Below the pieces are notes generated by a model that worked only from the letters and a program-made list of their open reading frames with translations, was not told the DNA's origin and ran no database searches. A program made the position numbers and the translations under genes. A DNA stretch of 64,000 nt from Eledone cirrhosa (lineage: Eukaryota). Location: NCBI GenBank assembly GCA_964016885.1, contig OZ024753.1:21576001-21640000 (forward strand), in the 5' to 3' direction. The first letter of the stretch is position 1. Every line of letters starts with the position of its first letter. Positions 56,831-64,000 of the stretch are shown here, one piece after another.

Positions 56831-57139
56831 AATATATATAATTATATATATATATAATTATCCATGGGAACATCTCTATGCTGACGATCTGGTTCTTATA
56901 GCAGAATCAGTAGAGGAGCTAGAGAATAAATTATATATATATATATAATTATATATAATTATATATATATATAATTATACATAATTATATATATGAATAT
57001 ATAATTATGTAATAAACACCAAAGGTTTCACGAAGACAGACGAGCTCAACAGAGACGTCTGAAATCGTACATCAGAAGCTACACTTTCCTTTACCCATCC
57101 TACGGAAATACTTCATATATATAGTGTCATATATATATA

Positions 57140-58948
57140 CTTAGTGTCACAAATGATCAGAAAAAGGAGGCCTGGAAATGTCATTATTAGAGACTAATGA
57201 ATGTTGAGAATGAATGGGAGAGAGAGAAACTACCGCCCAGTAGATCCAACAGAGGGACTAGCTATTGAGATTGACGACTATAGGGTCCAAGAGGCAATTA
57301 AGGGAATGAAAAGTGGTAAGGCCGCTGGACCATCAGGGATAGTTGTTGAGGCGCTGAAGGCATCAGGGGACGTAGGCACTAAACTGGTTGCTCGCATCGC
57401 CAATCAAGCTATATATGGTGGAGTCATACCCAAAGACTGGTGCAGCAGTATTTTTATAAATTGCTACAAAGGTAAAGGGGAGGCTCTGGAGAGGAGCAAT
57501 TATAGGGGCATAAAACTGATGGATCAGATTATGAATGTGGCAGAAAGAATACTAGTGCAACTAATTAGAGAAAGGGTCAAATTAGATGAGATGCAGTTTG
57601 GTTTTGTGCCTGGGAAAAGTACAACAGATGTCCTCTTCTTAGTGAGATAACAAGAGAGGTTCTTAGAGAAGAATAAGCCACTATACTTAGCTTTTGTTGA
57701 CCTAGAGAAGACCTTTGATAGAGTAACCCGATCTGTCATCTGGTGGTCCCTAAGGAAACTAAGTATAGAGAAATGGCTTGTGAGGACAGTGCAAACTTTA
57801 TACAGAGGTGCTGTCAGTAAAGTGACGGTAGGAATGGAGTTTAGTGAGGAATTCCAGATACAAGTAGGAGTACATCAAGGTTCCGTCCTCAGCCCGCTCT
57901 TGTTCATTATAGTCCTCCAAGCCATAACAGAAGAGTTTAAGACTGACGGCCCATGAGAACTTCTCTATGCTGACGATCTAGTTCTTATAGCAGAATCAGT
58001 AGATGAGCTAGAGAAGAAATTATGGCTATGGAAACAGCAGTTGGAAGCAAGAGGACTGAGAGTGAACCTAGCTAAGACAAAAGTGTTGATGAGTAGAAAA
58101 GAGGACAAAACTCTGATTCCATCAGGGAAATGGCCATGTTCGATATGTAGAAAAGGAGTTGCCATAATTCTATAAAATGTACGCAACGCAGATCTTGGGT
58201 ACACAAGAAATGTAGTAGGATAGCAGGCAAACTAACAGGTAGGGAAAACTACAGTAGATGTACAGGGAAATTTGATAGTAGAAATCGCAGTGATAGACAC
58301 ATTTTTCAAATGCAGGTAGGATCTATAGAGATAGTTGATAACTTCCGATACCTTGGTGATCAGATTAGCATGGGAGGAGGGGGGGGTTCTGAGGCCATAG
58401 TATCTACAATAAGGACGGGTTGGAAGAAGTTTAGGGAGTTGTTTCCTCTGTTGACAAAGAAGGATTTCACCCTATAAAAGAAAGGCCGGTTATATGATGC
58501 CTGCGTGAGATGCGCGATGCTGCATGGTAGTGTGACATGGGCAGCAACTGCAGAGGATATGTGATGGCTAGAGAGAAATGAAGCAAGCATGCTCCATTGG
58601 ATGTGTAATGTCAATGTGCATGAATGAACAAGCATAGATGAGTTGAGAGAGAAACTGTGTCTGAGAGGGATAAATTGTAGTGTGCGAGAGAGGAGACTGA
58701 GAGGGTATGGACATGTGATGCGCATGGAGGATGACTGCTGGATAAAGATGTGCCAAGAAATCCCAGTGGAAGGAAGACCACAAAAAGTATGGGCATAGGT
58801 GGTGAGAGCTGACCTCAGATTGCTGAAGCTCACGGAGGAGATAATGAAGGACCGTGATAAGTGGAGAGATGTTGTGCTGAATAGGACCCGTCCCACCCTT
58901 GCAAGCAAGGAAAAGTAGATGAAAAGTGATGATGATGATGATGATGAT
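57140..58948 (+). mobile_element. Decayed RTE LINE (subfamily A), RT domain to 3' end
   Basis: KSGKAAGPSG, NYRGIKL, MQFGFVPGKSTTD, FVDLEKTFD, YADDL; stops and frameshifts; (GAT)n tail. Confidence 0.95.
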
Positions 58949-61485
58949 ACATATATATATACATTCTCAAATTAGTACCATCGAACCACAACTATTATAA
59001 ACACCTTGCATATTTCTACAGGTACTTAGTGCCTGTTGAGGTATTCATCTACTTTTATAATTTTTCTCCTTATGTAGAGAACAAAACGTTGAATAATGCT
59101 GCTAATTTTAGTGGCAGTATCAACAAGTTTATAATAAACAGCTATTATCTGCGACCTGATTTTGCGTGTGTGTCGTTTTAACGGCTTGACCGCATGCATT
59201 GGGCAGGAAGCGAAATATTTACTTGCTGTAAGGCTGGCAACCTTATAGTATGGAAATAAGCTGTCTGAAGATCCATTTCTTTCCATTTGAAATTCTCTGG
59301 AATTCCAATTTTTGGAATGGTGAAACCGTCGGTAACAGCAATTGAACAGGTGATTATTTAAATCGTTTTTTAATTTATTTAGAGAATTGTTTGATAACCG
59401 CTTGCTCCGCTCTTTTTATATATGTATATATATATATATATAGAGAGAGAGAGAAATGGTTTATATATATAGAAATGGTTTATATATATAGAAAAAGTTT
59501 AGTATAATCGAAGTTTTGGTGGTGGCCAAACTAACGAGATACAATTAGGTTTGTGCAGCAAAGCACTGAATAAGGGTGTACCACCTTAGAGTAATTAACA
59601 TACATTAGATAGCATGACAAAGCCGAAAATTTAGATTCATACATTATATATCAGCATATATCACCTATCAGATGTTATATATCAGCATATATCACCTATC
59701 AGGTGTTATATGGTCTCATGTCTACAGATTGTTATTTCAGTCTTCACCTGGAGACAAATACATTTCACTTTTGGGGATTTACTTAACAAGTAACTTTTCA
59801 ATACATTTTCCACACAACTTAGTATTGCAGTATATTGCCTCAGTCTTTAACATGTTTGTGTTCTATATTTTATATTTTTACTAACTACGTGACAGTGTTC
59901 AGGTAAGAAATGCCACTGTAGATTAGAGGAATACTATTATAATAAAGTGCCTTTGTTTCATGGAAAAATATACAAGAACTACACACACACACATATATAT
60001 ATATATCACACAAAAAAAGAATCAGTGTTGTGACGAATGGAATTTATTGGACATATTACAATTGTTTCTCTGGCGACCAGCTCAAGGCACGATGGATGTG
60101 GTGACCAAACCTGACTCTGAAATCGCAAGGTCCTCAGATATGTCTTGATTCTATGAAGCAGATTTTCCAAATGTCCTTTTACATCGATATCCATCGCCTG
60201 TCGACTTAGATCCTGTTGTGATATCATACTCTGCTCTGTGAGAGCATCGAGTGCTCAAACGGCCTACCACATACGGACGCTTTAAGCATACAACACCAAT
60301 TATATATATATATATATATAAATTACAGAATAATCAAAACTATGTTCAAAGCATTTTATTGCTGACAATCGTTTCTTCCAAACATTTGTTTGGAATCATC
60401 AGAGCATTGGCAAAGTTTAAACATATAATTAACCTCCTATTCCACAGAACAATCGTAAAGATATGTAGATATTACTGTTGTTATCAATAGTCATATTTAG
60501 AGTGTGAAGATGATGTGGTCAGTATCAGTGGGTGTGATTATAAAAGAATTATAAAGCAATTATAGAAGAATTATGAAAGAAAGTTACTCACAAAATGAGG
60601 ACATTAGTGATACATAAGAATACATGTAGAAAGAGTGCAGAGGTATTAGGCATGTACAGAATAATAAGGTAAAAGAACAAGCAATGGTATTAAGCATGTA
60701 TAACACAATATCGGCAAAGATATCACATAATATAGGTGTAATAGTATATTAAGCAGTGAGGAATGCATGGGTAGGAAAAGCAGTTTCTATGAAGTTTATG
60801 ATGGATGTAATGTGATAATTGTTCTGGTAGTATTCAAATGTGTTGTGAGTATTAATATCAAGGTTTTTCTTTCCATTACATTGGTTATATTTTAGGAAAT
60901 GTTTATAAGTAGCTATAACTATGGATTATATATTTTCCTTATTATAGTCATATTAAGGGTTAGAGTTATTCTGGAGTGATCTGTCTAACGGTTTAATTTC
61001 AGGAAGTGATTAGAGATCTTCACTAAAGGGAGCTAATGGGAAAGGGGAGGTAATTAAAGATTAATTGTGTATAATAGAAAAATATATAATCTGGTGTTAG
61101 TTGTTTATAACTCCAATTAGCTAAATTCCTTGTGTTAATATACAATATATTATAAGTGAATCCTTATACAATGCTATTTATTTTTATATTTAATTATTTA
61201 AATTTATATACAATATGTTTTCTATATAATATTTTAAAGGTCCCAATTTACTACTAACTACCTATATATTAATTAAATGGATGAAATATTAGTAAGGAAG
61301 ATATTGTAGTGTTAAATTTATGTTTATTCTCTATAGTTATTATTGAGTATAGGATCTGAGATAAATAGGAGGTAAGTAGAGGATTGAGCTGATCATAGTA
61401 TGTTGTGGGGGTAATTATATGCTGATAAAGCCTAGGGGTAAAGTGTTAATGGTGGTGAGGAATCCAGATCTGACATTGTTATATA

Positions 61486-62001
61486 CTAGCAGCTAGGTTT
61501 GAAGTTGTGGAAAGAGTGTCGGTGGTAGTGTTGGCACATGGAAAAAATTTCTGATTTTCTATGTAAAAGGTATAGCTTAGAATAGATTATAGTGCGAGTC
61601 TCGAGAAGCCAGAGGTTACATACTTTATTCGGTGGTTTATACGATGTGGCCTTATCTATTACTTTCCATTGAAGTGTATATGGTCTATTCTTAGTTTTCA
61701 GAGAGTGTATGTAGTTAGATAAAGAAGTGGAGTTGACTAGATTGTGTTTTTTGAAAGAGTGGAGGTGCGAGTTGTATCTCATCTTGAAGCAGTTCGAAGT
61801 AGAACCGATATATGTTTTTGAAGAGTTGTTTGTGTTGACTGTGCATGAGTAAATGATGTCTTTCATTAAGCAGTTTTTTCCTAAGGAGCAAGTTCTATTT
61901 GTTCTACAGTTACAGTTATTCTGGTTGTTTACTTGCTGGTTAATAGGGTGTGTAGATGCATGGTTGTTAGTATGACAGTAAAGAAGAACAGATAGAGACA
62001 T
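61486..62001 (-). mobile_element. Penelope-like GIY-YIG endonuclease fragment
   Basis: CNCR..C..C, IIYSC..TYIGST..FKMRYNSH, CNLW..E, CQH. Confidence 0.88.
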
Positions 62002-64000
62002 TCAATGTAGAAAAGCACTGGGAGTTCCTAAAAAATAAATTACTAAAGGTGACAGACAAGATTTGTGGTTGGAACAAGACCACAGGGAAAAGGAGAGTGA
62101 CTTGGTGGTGGAACAATAAGGTAGATGAGGTAATTAAGGCTAAGGGACAAGCATGGAAACAATGGAAGAATGGGGGAAGCAGGGTACATTACATAGAGAC
62201 CTGGAGGGAAGCTAGGCGACAAGTATAATTAGCAAGAAGGGAAGTGGAGGATTCAAGCATGTTTTGCAACGTGAGGACCAGAAACAGGAGGTGTTCAGGA
62301 TTGTGAGACAGTGTGTCAGAAAGAATCGTGATGTCATTGGTGAGAAGTGTTTCTGGAATGATAAAGGTGAGGTTGCCCTCACAAGTGCTGAGAAGAAAGC
62401 TGCATGGAAGAGCCATTATGAAAGATTACTAAATGAGGCGATTGCATGGGAGAAAGAGACCCTACTCCAAGTGGACCCTATAGAGGGCCAAACAATACAA
62501 GTCAGCAGCAGCGTAGTAAGTAAGGCAATCAAAGATATGAAGACGGGAAGGCAACCGGTCCATCGGGTATAGCTAGAGGGTATCATACCAAAGGATTGGT
62601 GCAGCAGCATCATTGTCAACTGCTACAAAGGTAAAGATAGAGGAAACTATAGAGGTATAAAACTGATGGACCAGGTCATGGAAGTAACAGAAAGAGTTAT
62701 AGCACAGTTGATTAGGGACGGGTAAATCTAGATGAGATGCAGTTCAGGTTTGTGCCAGGCAAAAGCACCACTGATGCTCTCTTCCTTGTGAGGCAATTAC
62801 AGCAATAGTACCTAGTTAAAAACAAGCTGTTCTACCTGGCATTCGTCGATCTGGAAAAAGCCTTCAACAGAGTTCTCCGTGCTATAATCTGGTGGGCTCT
62901 TAGAAAAGTAGGAGTAGATGAATGGCTTGTGAAGGCTGTACAAGCCATGTATAGAGGAGCAGTCAGAAAATTTAGGGGTAACATGACTATAGCGAGGAAT
63001 TTAGCATACAGGTCAGTGTCCACCAGGACTCAGTTCTTAGCCCGCTCCTGTTTATTATCATATTGCAGGCTATAACAGAGGAGTTTAAGACCAGATGCCC
63101 ATGGGAACTTCTGTATGCAGATGATTTTACACTCATATCTGAATCTATGGTGGAACTAGAGAAGAAATTCCAAACATGAAAGAAGGGGTCTTAAAGTCTA
63201 CCTGACAAAGACTAAGTAGAAGAGAAAACAGAACCCAGATCCCTTCAGGGAAATGGCCTTGCTCAGTATGTAGGAAAGGTGTAGGTAGAAATTCCATCCT
63301 CTGCCCCAAATGCAAAATGTGGGTACACAAGTGATGTAGTGGGATCTCAGGAAGTTTAGTTAGGTATATAGTCTTTACATGTAGCAGTTGCACCAGGATA
63401 GTAAACAGCAAACGACTGCAGGGAACAAGTGCTGCCAAATTCTGGGAGGGCCCTGTAGAAACAGTAAATAGCTTCTGCTACTTAGGTGACTGAATTAGCA
63501 TCGAAGATGAGTGTTCTGAAAGTACATTAGCCAGAGTAAGAATGGGATGGAGGAAGTTCAGGGAGCTACTACCACTGCTGGCTACAAAAGGCAGAATAAA
63601 AGGCAGTCTGTATGTTGCGTGCATACAAACAGCAATGTTGCATGGTAGTGAGACCTGGGCACTGTGTGCAGAAGACTTGCAGAAAGAAATGAAGCTTGCA
63701 TGCTCCGATGGATGTGTAATAGTAATATATGGGAATGGCAAAGCATAAACAAATTGAGAGAGAAACTAGGCATAAGAGGAATCAAATGCTGTGTGTAGGA
63801 GAGGAGATTACGTTGATATGGACATGTGATGCGTATGAAGGATGACAGCTGCATAAAAGGGTGCAGAACATTCAAAGTCAATGAAAGGCTTGGAGTGGGG
63901 AGACCCAGAAAGACCTGGGATGCAGTAATAAAAGCTGATCTTGCTCAATTACACCTCTCAAAGGTGATGACACAAGACCAAGATCTCTGGCGTTACACAG
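62002..64000 (+). mobile_element. Decayed RTE LINE (subfamily B), runs off the window end
   Basis: TWWWN, NYRGIKL, FVDLEKAF, LYADD, MLHGSETW; many disablements. Confidence 0.93.

Noticed and set aside
57140-64000. Intact autonomous retrotransposon
   Set aside because: All RTE and Penelope copies are 5'-truncated, and most carry stops or frameshifts

Overview
Repeat-dominated eukaryotic DNA, most likely from an octopus or other coleoid cephalopod; this is inferred from the (TA)n/(CA)n/(CAT)n density and the SINE/RTE repertoire. Almost all ORFs in the supplied track are artefacts of tandem repeats. Three small phase-compatible + strand exons (3208-3273, 44214-44313, 52437-52642) splice into an acidic, Ser/Asn- and Phe-cluster-rich C-terminus ending ...APFSLF*, reminiscent of the synaptonemal-complex protein SIX6OS1/C14orf39 (tentative). 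The ~41 kb putative intron holds a ~28.7 kb array of 55/57-bp hairpin-forming monomers with kb-scale higher-order duplications that amplified one SINE insertion into five copies, plus 27-bp and 20-bp arrays. Elsewhere there are decayed RTE LINEs carrying a PHD-like C4HC3 finger within the RT region, two Penelope-like relics, CRE-like and CR1-like 3' fragments, tRNA-derived SINEs, MITEs and foldbacks, and degenerate hammerhead-like motifs. Two minisatellites appear to have arisen from retroelement 3' ends.
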